Assembly (NCBI GenBank): GCA_965216635.1
Contig: OZ244188.1
Coordinates: forward strand, 192,001 to 256,000
DNA from: a bacterium
GTDB taxonomy: Bacteria; SAR324; XYD2-FULL-50-16; G965216635
DNA length: 64,000 bases
Reading direction: 5' to 3'
Shown in pieces: positions 50,436 through 60,130 of this stretch. Numbering within the stretch: the first letter of the stretch is position 1; every line of letters starts with the position of its first letter. Position numbers and translations under genes: made by a program. The notes under the pieces were generated by a model. It saw only the letters and a program-made list of their open reading frames with translations, ran no database searches and was not told the origin of the DNA.

Positions 50436-51125
50436 ATGGTAGAAGTGAATCTAGAACACAAATCGGATGAGCAATTTGATAAAGAGTTGAGTGAAAAAAA
50501 AGTTACCCCTAACCTACAAAATATAGGTTATTTACCTTGGATTGGAAAGGATTATGCTGACTTGCCTGACAAAAATAAAATTTTTATTCTTGGCGAAAGT
50601 GTTTATAATGGTTGGAATCCTGATAAAAACGCTTCTAGAGATATAATAAATGGTCACGCAATAAAGACAAATCCTAGTCGTCTTTTTAGAAATATGAGTT
50701 GGGCTATTTGTGGAGAAAAAAAAAAGAAAGAGTTAAATCCAAAAGAGTTTTGGAGTAAAGTTTGTTTTAATAATTTGGTGCAAACTAAAATGAAAACTAA
50801 GAAGTATAGACCTTCTACAAGTGATTATGAAAATGGAACTGAATATATTGCAAAACAAATAGATATATTAAAACCTGCTTTAGTTATTTGTTTTAATAAT
50901 TCGGATGTAGCTAATTCTTTTAAAGAAATATTTGCTGACGCTAAATTAGAAGTTAAAGAAAAAGTAGGTAGAATAAAACCAAAAATACTAACAGCAAACA
51001 AGCTAAAAATATTATTTATTAAACACGCTAGTAGTTATTTTAGTTGGAGCAAATGGAATGAGTTTATAAATAAAAATGCAAAAGAAAATATTGATTGCTT
51101 TCAATCATTAGAAAATACAAACTAA
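50436..51125 (+). CDS. Hypothetical protein, possible uracil-DNA-glycosylase-like fold
   Basis: PWIGKDY, ILGES, ILKPALVI, HAS pattern. Confidence 0.5.
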   Translation: MVEVNLEHKSDEQFDKELSEKKVTPNLQNIGYLPWIGKDYADLPDKNKIFILGESVYNGWNPDKNASRDIINGHAIKTNPSRLFRNMSWAICGEKKKKELNPKEFWSKVCFNNLVQTKMKTKKYRPSTSDYENGTEYIAKQIDILKPALVICFNNSDVANSFKEIFADAKLEVKEKVGRIKPKILTANKLKILFIKHASSYFSWSKWNEFINKNAKENIDCFQSLENTN

Positions 51126-51141
51126 GTTTTAAAATTAAAAA

Positions 51142-51266
51142 ATGCTAACCTACGAAAAAATTGATAATGATTTTTTATAATTTATGCTAGAATGTATTTT
51201 TAATAAACTAAAAAACCAAAATGAATAAAACTATAATCACTTTTTGCGATAAAGGAGGCGGACTGC
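51142..51266 (+). repeat. ~125-bp direct repeat, copy 1, beginning with a diverged actC 5' end
   Basis: atgctaacctacgaaaaaattgataatgat (4 mismatches in 30 to the actC start), then sequence shared with copy 2. Confidence 0.88.
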
Positions 51267-51343
51267 CTTAAAACTAAATTTTGTGCTTTTAAAATTAAAG
51301 TTATAGACTGTGCTATACTGCAAAATAAAAGATAAATATTATT

Positions 51344-51823
51344 ATGGAAAAACAAAATGTATTGAGTGTGGCGGATTTTTTTATCACAGAAGTTGATAAA
51401 AAGTATGGTGTAGATAATTTAAAATTAAACAAAATAGCCTATATCTCTTTAGGATTTTCACTATCTATACGGAATTTTGATTTATTTTCTGAAGATGTAG
51501 AAGCTTGGAATTGGGGTCCGGTAATTCCAGAATTGTATTATTCTTTTAAAGAATATGGCTCTAGGATTATTACTAAGCCTTCTGAAAGAGAAAATTCAAG
51601 TGAGATAAAAGATGAAGATACTTTGGGTTTGTTGAATCTAGTAAAAGATCTTTATCAAAGTAAGAGTGGGTTAGAAATTATGGAATTGACTCATGTAAAA
51701 AACACACCTTGGGATTATTGTTATGATGGAGAAAAAAATACAATTATAGATAAGAATATTATTAAAGATTACTATGATATTCTTATAAAAAACTTAAAAA
51801 AAAGTAATATTCTTATAGATTAG
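51344..51823 (+). CDS. Panacea (DUF4065/SocA-like) antitoxin-domain protein
   Basis: LKLNKIAY, EAWNWGPVIPELY, LTH...PW. Confidence 0.82.
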   Translation: MEKQNVLSVADFFITEVDKKYGVDNLKLNKIAYISLGFSLSIRNFDLFSEDVEAWNWGPVIPELYYSFKEYGSRIITKPSERENSSEIKDEDTLGLLNLVKDLYQSKSGLEIMELTHVKNTPWDYCYDGEKNTIIDKNIIKDYYDILIKNLKKSNILID

Positions 51824-51827
51824 TTTT

Positions 51828-52235
51828 ATGGTAAAATGTAATACTAAAGAAAAATTTTTATACTCAAAAGTTAGTGATGATAGTTCTGTAAGTGAATCCA
51901 AAGAAAAATTTAAAGCATCTGCTCCGATCAAGACAGAGATAAGTAAAGAATTTGAAGAGACGATAAGTAAAGAATTTGAATTGCTATATAACAATAGATT
52001 TAAACAAGATACAGAATTAAGTAAAGATTTCTTTTACTTTGCTAAAGAAATTACTGGTTGGTGGATATTGATTTTATTTATAGTCTTATTGTGGCAATTA
52101 TTTTTACCATTTGAAGGATACGGACAACGACTTTCTGATATTCAATTTTCTGTATTATTCAGCACTACTACTGTAACAGTGCTTGGTTTTTGGGGAATAG
52201 TTGGTTTGTATTTATTTCCTAAAAAAGGAAAATAA
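51828..52235 (+). CDS. Two-TM membrane protein, candidate partner of the Panacea protein
   Basis: 4 bp downstream; two hydrophobic C-terminal segments. Confidence 0.6.
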   Translation: MVKCNTKEKFLYSKVSDDSSVSESKEKFKASAPIKTEISKEFEETISKEFELLYNNRFKQDTELSKDFFYFAKEITGWWILILFIVLLWQLFLPFEGYGQRLSDIQFSVLFSTTTVTVLGFWGIVGLYLFPKKGK

Positions 52236-52258
52236 AAAATAATTTTAATAAACAAAAA

Positions 52259-52381
52259 ATGCTAACTTACGCACAAATTGATAAGGATTTTTTATAATTT
52301 ATGCTAGAATGTATTTTTAATGAACTAAAACCAAAATGAATAAAACTATAATCACTTTTTGCGATAAAAGAGGCGGACTGC
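52259..52381 (+). repeat. ~123-bp direct repeat, copy 2, beginning with an exact 30-bp copy of the actC start
   Basis: atgctaacttacgcacaaattgataaggat identical to 54793-54822. Confidence 0.9.
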
Positions 52382-52814
52382 AGAAAACCAGAATTTGTGA
52401 TATTTTTGAAATAAGGATTGTTACTTACTCAACAGTTTAATAGCAATACTTTCAGGCGTAGAGTTATTTATTTTGACATCTGGAATTTGGATTGCTTACT
52501 CTAGTATTCAATCCCATAAAAACAGGCAAATTTAACCATTTTTGCACAAAAATCGCCTTTTTTAATTATTTAATTCTAAAAAAAAACTTTTTGTAAATGC
52601 TTTAAAAATCTTATAAAATTCCTTGAATTAAGGAAAATATTGAATTTTTGTGAAAAAAAAGTTACTATTTTAATAAATTTATTAAAAACAATAAACGGAT
52701 TTTAAGACTTTTTGGGGCGGTTGTTAAGAATGGTTTTAAATTTCCTTCGTTAAAGTTTTATATCATAAAAACTAAAACAGACATATTTCTTTGTCTGTGC
52801 GTAATAAATAAAAT

Positions 52815-53336
52815 ATGGAACAAAGAAAAGTTGAGTTTCTTTTAGAATATCAACAAAGAATAGATCAAAAAGCTAGAGAGAACTCTAGTGAGTTGATTTC
52901 TAACGGAACCATTGAACACGCTAGAATCTTAATTGCTTCTATTTTTAGTGTTGCAAATAAAAAAATAGAAATATTTACAGGATTTCTTAATCCAATAATC
53001 TACAATGATAAAAAAATCATTGACAGCGCCTTTAATTTTCTAAAAAAACAAAACACTAAAATAGAAGTTGTAGTGCAAGAAAATGACCACTCATTAGGTT
53101 TGAATGAATTTGTGAATGAAGCTAAGAATAATAAACAATTTGTTCTTAAAGAAGCAAATGAAATTGATAAAAATGAACAGTATCATTTTATAGTTGCTGA
53201 TAGTAAATCATTCCGTTATGAACCTGATAAAGCAAAAAATATAGGTATAGGTTGTTTTAACAAACCAGCATTTGCTGAGAAACTTAATAATCGCTTTCAA
53301 GAAATATTTAAACAAGCAAAAACGCTGGAAATTTAA
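52815..53336 (+). CDS. Hypothetical protein, possible PLD-like fold; paralog of 14542..15081
   Basis: SNGTIEHA, IEIFTG, HFIVADSKSFRYEP, GCFN. Confidence 0.65.
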   Translation: MEQRKVEFLLEYQQRIDQKARENSSELISNGTIEHARILIASIFSVANKKIEIFTGFLNPIIYNDKKIIDSAFNFLKKQNTKIEVVVQENDHSLGLNEFVNEAKNNKQFVLKEANEIDKNEQYHFIVADSKSFRYEPDKAKNIGIGCFNKPAFAEKLNNRFQEIFKQAKTLEI

Positions 53337-53351
53337 AAGAAAGAATATTCT

Positions 53352-53918
53352 ATGGATTTTTTTTATATTATAGAAATTTCTTTTTTATTAAATATAGCTT
53401 ATAGAGAGCTAAAATCTTCTCGTTGGAAGCAAGAATTTGAGAAAAAATATTCTACTTATTTCAACGCATTTGAGATGACAGAATCTATTGGTAGAGATAT
53501 TCTAAAAAAAGATAATCTGTTCCAACCAGAAGGAAAACAGTTTGTTGAGGGATTAGAAAAAGGGGAAAAGAATGCTTGGGAGAACAAATTTTTTATTCCT
53601 TTTTATTACCGCAATTTTATTTGCAAAGAATGGAGTAAAAAATTTACTGGTTGTATTATATTAGGTATAATTATTATTATAGGAATATTGTATTTTTTTG
53701 CAGGATATAATTATTATATTTACATAAAAAACACTTCCTTTGTCGCATTTTTAATCTTTTCTATGTGCCCTTTTATTTTTAGTTTTTTTGATAATCGGTG
53801 TTATAATTATTTATTTGGTGATAATGGAAGAATAGAATTTATTATAAAAGAAATAACAAGAAAAAATAAATCTATGATGGATGATGAGCTAGATTTACCA
53901 GAAAGAGCATTAAAGTAA
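53352..53918 (+). CDS. Hypothetical membrane protein; weak paralog of 15182..15679
   Basis: Similar TM layout and same position after the PLD-like gene. Confidence 0.6.
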   Translation: MDFFYIIEISFLLNIAYRELKSSRWKQEFEKKYSTYFNAFEMTESIGRDILKKDNLFQPEGKQFVEGLEKGEKNAWENKFFIPFYYRNFICKEWSKKFTGCIILGIIIIIGILYFFAGYNYYIYIKNTSFVAFLIFSMCPFIFSFFDNRCYNYLFGDNGRIEFIIKEITRKNKSMMDDELDLPERALK

Positions 53919-54003
53919 TTAACTTACCAACCTCTTATATCCTTACCATTTTTATACCGATTCCTTAAAAATACTCTTCAATAAAAAAACAAATAAATGA
54001 AAA

Positions 54004-54252
54004 ATGGCTAGTTTAGCAGAAAAAGAGGTAGATGCAAATTTTGATTATTTTCAAACACTACTTCCAGAATTAAAACAAACTCACTTTGAAAAATTTGCTT
54101 TATTGCATAAAAAAAAAATTATTGAATTTTTTGATACTGCTAGAGATGCAGCAAAGTTTGGGATAGTAAAATTCGGAAAAGGCAATTTTTCTGTGCAACA
54201 AGTAGCTGATAGACGTGTTGATTTAGGATATCAAGGACATGTCCTCTTTTAG
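54004..54252 (+). CDS. Small hypothetical protein coupled to an aspartyl protease
   Basis: 82 aa; overlaps the next ORF by 14 bp. Confidence 0.65.
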   Translation: MASLAEKEVDANFDYFQTLLPELKQTHFEKFALLHKKKIIEFFDTARDAAKFGIVKFGKGNFSVQQVADRRVDLGYQGHVLF

Positions 54253-54742
54253 GCAAACTTTAAATAAAAACAGGCAGTTTATTATTACTGTAAAAGTTAT
54301 TGAGTCACCTTTGGAAAAAGAGAAATACAAAGACGGCACAGCACAAAGATTTCTTATTAAGGCGGAAACTCAAAAAGCTTTGATTGATACAGGTGCTAAT
54401 ACGACTAGTATATCTCAAAAATATGCGAATGAATCAGGTTTAGTTGCTACTGGAAAAACCATTACAAGTACTGCTGGAGGAGATTGTAGAGAAAATTTAT
54501 TTTTGATTGATATTGCTATTCCGATTACTCAAACTGCATTAAAACCTTTTACAGCAAAAGACGGTAGTCAGCAGTTTAAACCATTTATAATTGGAGAAGA
54601 ACATTGGGCTCACGCAGAACTTGAGGTTACTTCTTTTGCAGTTGGTGAAGGATATTATGGTTTTGATATTCTTTTAGGTATGGATATACTATCTCAAATG
54701 CATATTACTATGTTTCATAATGAGATTATTATGTCTTTTTAA
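54239..54742 (+). CDS. Retropepsin-like (clan AA) aspartyl protease
   Basis: ALIDTGANTT and ILLGMDIL motifs. Confidence 0.82.
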   Translation: MSSFRQTLNKNRQFIITVKVIESPLEKEKYKDGTAQRFLIKAETQKALIDTGANTTSISQKYANESGLVATGKTITSTAGGDCRENLFLIDIAIPITQTALKPFTAKDGSQQFKPFIIGEEHWAHAELEVTSFAVGEGYYGFDILLGMDILSQMHITMFHNEIIMSF

Positions 54743-54792
54743 AAAATTGTAAAATTTATTACACAAGTTTTCTTAATTTTAAAAAATAAAAA

Positions 54793-56139
54793 ATGCTAAC
54801 TTACGCACAAATTGATAAGGATGTTTTAAAATCAATGGAGCCACCCGGCAAAAAATGGTTTTTGTGCATCGCAGTTTCTTTGACCGCTTTGGCTATGGGG
54901 ATTTATGCCCTTTATATCCAAGTTGCCGGAGGACTAGAGATTAGCGGAATTTCGCATCCTATTGGTTGGGGAGTTTATATTACTGACTTTGTTTTTTGGG
55001 TAGGTATTGCACACGCGGGAACCTTAATTTCTGCAGTGCTTTTTCTAACGCGAGCTCCTTACAGAACTTCTATCTATAGAACTGCAGAGGCGATGACAGT
55101 TTTTGCGGTAATGACGGCTGGGCTTTTTCCTATTATCCATGTAGGGCGGATTTGGAACGCCTACTGGTTAGTGCCTTATCCCAATCAAAGAGAGCTTTGG
55201 GTCAATTTCAAATCTCCGCTCCTTTGGGATGTTTTTGCGGTTTCTACCTATATGTCGGTTTCCATTGCCTTTTTTATTGTAGGGTTGATTCCAGACTTTG
55301 CCACAGTGCGAGATCGCACCAAAGGTTTGATGAAATTTTTTTACGGGTTTTTGGCATTAGGCTTTAGAGGCACCAATCACCAGTGGGTGCATTATTTGAG
55401 AGGCTACCTACTTTTTGCAGCACTGGCTACTCCTCTAGTTTTTTCCGTTCACTCCATAGTCTCTTGGGATTTTGCAATGTCTAGTATACCGGGCTGGCAT
55501 ACCACAATTTTTGCTCCTTACTTTGTAGCAGGTGCGATTTTTTCGGGCTGTGCTATGGTCTTGACGATTGTGATTCCTATGAGAAAAATTTTTAGAGGCT
55601 TTGAAGAAATTATAAAAATAGAACACTTAGAGGCTTTGGGTAAACTGATTTTACTCACGGGAACGATTGTAACCTATTCTTACACCATAGAATTTTTTAT
55701 TGCCTATTATAGCGGTAATCCTTACGAAAAAGCTATTTTTTGGTTTCGCCCTTTTGGAGAATTAAAGGGATTTTTCTGGTTGATGGTGCTTTGTAATTGT
55801 ATTGGTCCCATTCCCCTTTGGAGAAAGAAAATTCGCACCAATCTCGCTGCTCTTTTTGTGATTTCTATTATTGTCAATGTAGGTATGTGGTTGGAAAGAT
55901 TTAACATAGTCGTCACTTCGCTGTCTCACGATTTTGTGCCTTTTGTTTGGAGCAACTACCAGTTTCAGTGGGGCGAAATTTGGATTACTATCGGTAGTTT
56001 TGGTTGGTTTTTCACTTGGTTTTTTCTATTTGTTAAAATTATGCCTTCTATGTCGGTTACAGAATTGAAGGAAGCATTGCCTCCAATGTTGCGAAAAGGT
56101 AAAATGACACCTAGGCCAGTTTCTGGCTTCTATAAATAA
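54793..56139 (+). CDS. actC: Alternative complex III subunit C (NrfD family)
   Basis: FVFWVGIAHAGTLISA, HVGR, SPLLWD, SVHSIVSWDFA, GMWLERF. Confidence 0.92.
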   Translation: MLTYAQIDKDVLKSMEPPGKKWFLCIAVSLTALAMGIYALYIQVAGGLEISGISHPIGWGVYITDFVFWVGIAHAGTLISAVLFLTRAPYRTSIYRTAEAMTVFAVMTAGLFPIIHVGRIWNAYWLVPYPNQRELWVNFKSPLLWDVFAVSTYMSVSIAFFIVGLIPDFATVRDRTKGLMKFFYGFLALGFRGTNHQWVHYLRGYLLFAALATPLVFSVHSIVSWDFAMSSIPGWHTTIFAPYFVAGAIFSGCAMVLTIVIPMRKIFRGFEEIIKIEHLEALGKLILLTGTIVTYSYTIEFFIAYYSGNPYEKAIFWFRPFGELKGFFWLMVLCNCIGPIPLWRKKIRTNLAALFVISIIVNVGMWLERFNIVVTSLSHDFVPFVWSNYQFQWGEIWITIGSFGWFFTWFFLFVKIMPSMSVTELKEALPPMLRKGKMTPRPVSGFYK

Positions 56140-56142
56140 ATT

Positions 56143-56285
56143 AGAGACCTTTGAATTAGCGTTCTGTTTAGCCTATGCGTCGTTGAAAAAAATTTTTAAC
56201 TCTTGAAATACTTGAGTATTCCTGCGAGCTAAATTTTTTTTTTGCCTTGCCTAGCCGTCACATAACGCAAATTCAAAGGTCTATA
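56143..56285. mobile_element. MITE-like repeat, core copy between actC and actD
   Basis: agacctttgaattagcgtt ... aacgcaaattcaaaggtctata. Confidence 0.82.
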
Positions 56286-56301
56286 AATTTTACTAAAAAA
56301 A

Positions 56302-56832
56302 ATGAATAAAAAATTTTGCGGAGTTTGGGCAACTTTTGAATATTTAGACGACTTTTGCAACAGCGTAAAAGATTTGCGTAGCAAAAATTTTAAAAAAATC
56401 ACTACCTATTCGCCTTGCCCTCGTCATGAGATTTTGGACGCTTTGGGTAATCCAGTGAGTAGAGTGCCTTTTTTCACTTTAGCGTTTGGAATTTTAGGAG
56501 TAACCATAGCCTATACTTTAGCAAGCTGGATGTCGCTGGATTGGGTTTTACCAGTGTCTAATAAACCGATTGTGTCTCTTCCTCCGTTCACTATTATAGC
56601 TTTTGAATTAATGGTGCTTTTGGGAGCCTACGGCACTATGGTTGGAGTTGTTTTTTTGATAATCCGAGAAACTAGAAAATTTACTTTCCCGAAAAGTAAT
56701 AAATTCAAAAACTACGACAGATTTACCCACGATAGGTTTGGTTTGGTAGTGCGGTGCAAAAAAAAAGATATTAAAAAATTGATACAAATTGTCAAAATAC
56801 ATCAACCAGAAGAAATCAACAATGAAAGTTAA
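56302..56832 (+). CDS. actD: Alternative complex III subunit D (DUF3341-like)
   Basis: YSP.P, two TM, KP...P...I.FEL.VL; operon position. Confidence 0.85.
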   Translation: MNKKFCGVWATFEYLDDFCNSVKDLRSKNFKKITTYSPCPRHEILDALGNPVSRVPFFTLAFGILGVTIAYTLASWMSLDWVLPVSNKPIVSLPPFTIIAFELMVLLGAYGTMVGVVFLIIRETRKFTFPKSNKFKNYDRFTHDRFGLVVRCKKKDIKKLIQIVKIHQPEEINNES

Positions 56833-57403
56833 AAAAAGATTTTTGGCTACAGTTCTTGCTATAGCTCTCTGCGGTTTGATTTTTACGGTTTCCGCTTATG
56901 GCACTTCCACGATTTGGTCTTGGATGAAGGATATGTATAACCAACCGAGCATCAAACCTCAAGAAGAAGGTTCTTTTAAACATTTTCCTATTGGCTCTGT
57001 TACAACAGAAGGCTTGCAAATTAGTAGTGATGGAGAAAAGCACTTAAAAGCAACAGATTTTACTTGGATAGCTGCCAGAAATAGTGTTGCACTAGCTCCC
57101 AAAAATCCTCAAAAAGCAACGGCAGAATCTTTGAAGCAAGGAGAGTTTTTTTTTAATTCTTACTGTATTGCCTGCCACGGGGCAGATGGTAAATCAACCA
57201 CTCCTGTAGCTCTTTTTAGAGGAGGAGTTATTCCTTTAGATTTGATTTTAACCGACCCTACTATTACCGACGGCTACCTTTTTTACAAAATTACTTATGG
57301 AGGTTTTGGAGATGTAGCTATGCCTCCTTTTGGCTATTCCATCACAGAAAAAGAAAGATGGCACATAGTAAATTATATAACCCATAGATGGCAGAACAAA
57401 TGA
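56822..57403 (+). CDS. actE: Alternative complex III monoheme cytochrome c
   Basis: DMYNQP, CIACHG, ERWHIVNYI. Confidence 0.82.
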   Translation: MKVKKRFLATVLAIALCGLIFTVSAYGTSTIWSWMKDMYNQPSIKPQEEGSFKHFPIGSVTTEGLQISSDGEKHLKATDFTWIAARNSVALAPKNPQKATAESLKQGEFFFNSYCIACHGADGKSTTPVALFRGGVIPLDLILTDPTITDGYLFYKITYGGFGDVAMPPFGYSITEKERWHIVNYITHRWQNK

Positions 57404-58725
57404 CAAGAGAACAAGAAATAAAAAATATTCTACAGAAAATTTCTTTTAAGCTAGATTCTAAAGCAAAACTTTCTTTATTTGTTTTGTTTGGGGTAGGGGT
57501 TGTAGGACTATTACTAGGAATTTTTACTGGCCATTTAGAGTTGGCTTGGCAAGCCTTACTTATCAACAGTATTTATTTTACTGGAATAGGCTACGCTGGA
57601 CTGGCATTTTCTGTGATTTTTACTATCAGTGATGCATTTTGGGGCAGACCCATCAAACGCATTGGAGAAGCTTTCGCTAGTTTTATTCCTATAGGCACTA
57701 TTATCTTTTTTATTTTGTTTTTTGCAGGCAATTCAATCTTTGAATGGTATGATCACGACAAGGTCATCCACTCCAAAGAAGGCTGGCTCAATATTCCTTT
57801 TTTTGTTGGTAGAAATCTAGTACTTTTCTTGTTTTCTGCTTGGCTTGCTTCCCTTTATCTTAAAAACTCTATCCGCCCTGATATAGTCTTGGCTAGAAAA
57901 ATGGGGGATTATTTTAAAAATAAGTTTGCTGATAAATTTGTCAAAAACTTCTGTGACTCTGAAAAAGAAATTGAAACTGCTTACCATAAAAACAAAAGAA
58001 TAGCACCTGTATTAGCTTTAACTTACGCCCTTTTGACTTCATTTATTGCCTTTGATTGGATGATGTCCATTGATCAAGAATGGTTTAGCACTATGTTTGG
58101 AGTGCAGTTCACTGTCTCTAGCTTGATGGGAGCAGGCGCTTTTTTGATTATAATTACTGGAATTCTTCGCAGAAAATTCCAACTTACAGATTATCTTTCT
58201 ATCAATCGTCACCACGATTTAGCAAAACTCACCTTTGCTTTTTGTCTACTCTGGACCTATATGATTTTTTCGCAAGTCCTTGTGATTTGGTATGCTAATT
58301 TGCCTGAGGAAACTCCATTTTTGGTTTTAAGAATGTTCTCATTAGAATGGGGTTGGCTCTTTTGGGTTATTTTCTTTATGCTTTTTATTACTCCTTTTTT
58401 TGGTTTAATGGCTCGTACTGCCTGCTGCTCTATTTGGTTTTCCAGACTGGTTGCTTTCATTATTTTGAGCGGACTTTGGCTAGAAAAATATTTTATCATA
58501 ACCCCCTCGCTACAAGAAAATGCACTCGTGGCTGGACATGCTGTATCGCATGGAGCAGCCTCTATTGAAAAAGTAGCAGGTTTTGAATTTTTTCCTTTCC
58601 TTGTGGATTTGTTTGTAGGTATGGGATTTTTAGGAATTTTCTTAGGCTGTTTCTTCTTCTTTATCCAAAGAGTTCCTCTCGTTCCTATCTCTGACTACCG
58701 TTTCTTTAAAGACGGGCATCACTAA
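57388..58725 (+). CDS. actF: Alternative complex III subunit F
   Basis: DWMMS, WFSTMFG, HDLAKL, IWYANLPEE. Confidence 0.88.
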   Translation: MAEQMTREQEIKNILQKISFKLDSKAKLSLFVLFGVGVVGLLLGIFTGHLELAWQALLINSIYFTGIGYAGLAFSVIFTISDAFWGRPIKRIGEAFASFIPIGTIIFFILFFAGNSIFEWYDHDKVIHSKEGWLNIPFFVGRNLVLFLFSAWLASLYLKNSIRPDIVLARKMGDYFKNKFADKFVKNFCDSEKEIETAYHKNKRIAPVLALTYALLTSFIAFDWMMSIDQEWFSTMFGVQFTVSSLMGAGAFLIIITGILRRKFQLTDYLSINRHHDLAKLTFAFCLLWTYMIFSQVLVIWYANLPEETPFLVLRMFSLEWGWLFWVIFFMLFITPFFGLMARTACCSIWFSRLVAFIILSGLWLEKYFIITPSLQENALVAGHAVSHGAASIEKVAGFEFFPFLVDLFVGMGFLGIFLGCFFFFIQRVPLVPISDYRFFKDGHH

Positions 58726-58766
58726 TTCAAGGGGTCTCACTTAATTCATAACTTAAAAAATATAAA

Positions 58767-59642
58767 ATGGAAATTACTAGTGGTCTTATTATTGGGGTAG
58801 CTCTTGTAGCTACTGTACTTTTCACACTTTATTTGGGGGTCAAAATAGTTCCTCAATCTGAAGTATTTGTTATCGAGCGATTTGGAAAATATACTAAAAC
58901 TCTTTCCTCTGGGTTGTCTTTGATTGTCCCTTATTTGGATCGGGTGGCTCATAGAGTTTCTGTTCTTGAACGGCGTTTAGAAGAATTTGATGTTTCGGTC
59001 ATCACTAAAGATAATGTTGAAGTTGGATTGAGCACTTCTGTTTTCTATCGCGTTATTGATGCTTCGCGATCTGTGTATCGCATTCGCAATATTGATGGGG
59101 CTATTTATACAGCAGCAGCTTCTATTGTGCGCTCGGCTGGTGGTAAGCTAGAATTAGACGAATTGCAATCTAGCCGCGAGGCTATGAATGCAGAAATTTC
59201 TAAAAACTTGGGCGAAGCTGCGGAAGTTTGGGGAATTGAAATTACTAGAACGGAAATCACTGATGTGCAAATAGACGAGCAAACCAAAAACGCACAAAGA
59301 CAACAACTTAATGCTGAAAGAGAACGGCGAGCCGAAATTGCCCGTGCTGAAGGTTCAAAAAAATCTGCCGAACTATCTGCTGAAGCTTCTCTTTACACAG
59401 CTCAGAAGTCCGCTGAAGCAGTTATAGTAAAAGCGGATGCAGAATCCCATCGCGTCCGTGTAGAAGGAGCGGCTGCGGCTTCTGTGATTGAAATACAAGG
59501 TAAGGCTCTTAAGAGTAATGAGAAAATTATTGAATTGGAAAAAGCTCGTAGCTGGGATGGAGTTTTGCCTACAACTAATGTTGGAGGCGATAGTGGGGCT
59601 AATTTCTTGTTTGAATTGAAATCTAGTAAAAGCAAAAAATAA
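58767..59642 (+). CDS. SPFH/band-7 (stomatin-like) protein
   Basis: IERFGKY, VITKDNV, WGIEITRTEI, AERERRA. Confidence 0.92.
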   Translation: MEITSGLIIGVALVATVLFTLYLGVKIVPQSEVFVIERFGKYTKTLSSGLSLIVPYLDRVAHRVSVLERRLEEFDVSVITKDNVEVGLSTSVFYRVIDASRSVYRIRNIDGAIYTAAASIVRSAGGKLELDELQSSREAMNAEISKNLGEAAEVWGIEITRTEITDVQIDEQTKNAQRQQLNAERERRAEIARAEGSKKSAELSAEASLYTAQKSAEAVIVKADAESHRVRVEGAAAASVIEIQGKALKSNEKIIELEKARSWDGVLPTTNVGGDSGANFLFELKSSKSKK

Positions 59643-59908
59643 TGCTTGTTTTATTGACAAATCCTACGACGTGGTTTGTTATCGGAGCCTTATTGCTGAT
59701 TATAGAAATGTTTGAAGGCTCTTTGGCATTCTTTCTTCCTATAGGTATTGCTTCTTTGGTTATCTCGGGTTTGGTTGCTTTTTGGGAAATAAATATCTCT
59801 ACGATTCTAGTACTTTTTGCAGTTTTTTCACTTGTTTTTGCTACAACTCTTAGGTTTTATTCCAAATCCATCAAAAAGAAAAAAACGAAGGATATTAACA
59901 AATACTAA
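59642..59908 (+). CDS. Short NfeD-like membrane protein
   Basis: Three hydrophobic segments, LLIIEM; coupled to the SPFH gene; no OB-fold tail seen. Confidence 0.65.
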   Translation: MLVLLTNPTTWFVIGALLLIIEMFEGSLAFFLPIGIASLVISGLVAFWEINISTILVLFAVFSLVFATTLRFYSKSIKKKKTKDINKY

Positions 59909-60130
59909 AAAAAAATTCTGAATCTAAAAAATCGCCAAACCTTGTTATTTATCTATCAAAAATTCTTTGTTTGCTTTATTTTTTATTCTTTATTATATTT
60001 ATAATTATTAACAATAAACTTAAAATGAGAATTCTTATGTACTTTGTTCTTACCTGTCTTTTTCTACTTCCATTTGCTTGTTCAACTGTTTTTGCTTAAT
60101 ACTAAAACTTCCATTCCTAAAAATAATTTG

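Noticed and set aside
51142..52381. Classical integron attC sites
   Set aside because: No clear RYYYAAC...GTTRRRY imperfect palindrome and no intI gene; the units are direct repeats starting with actC sequence
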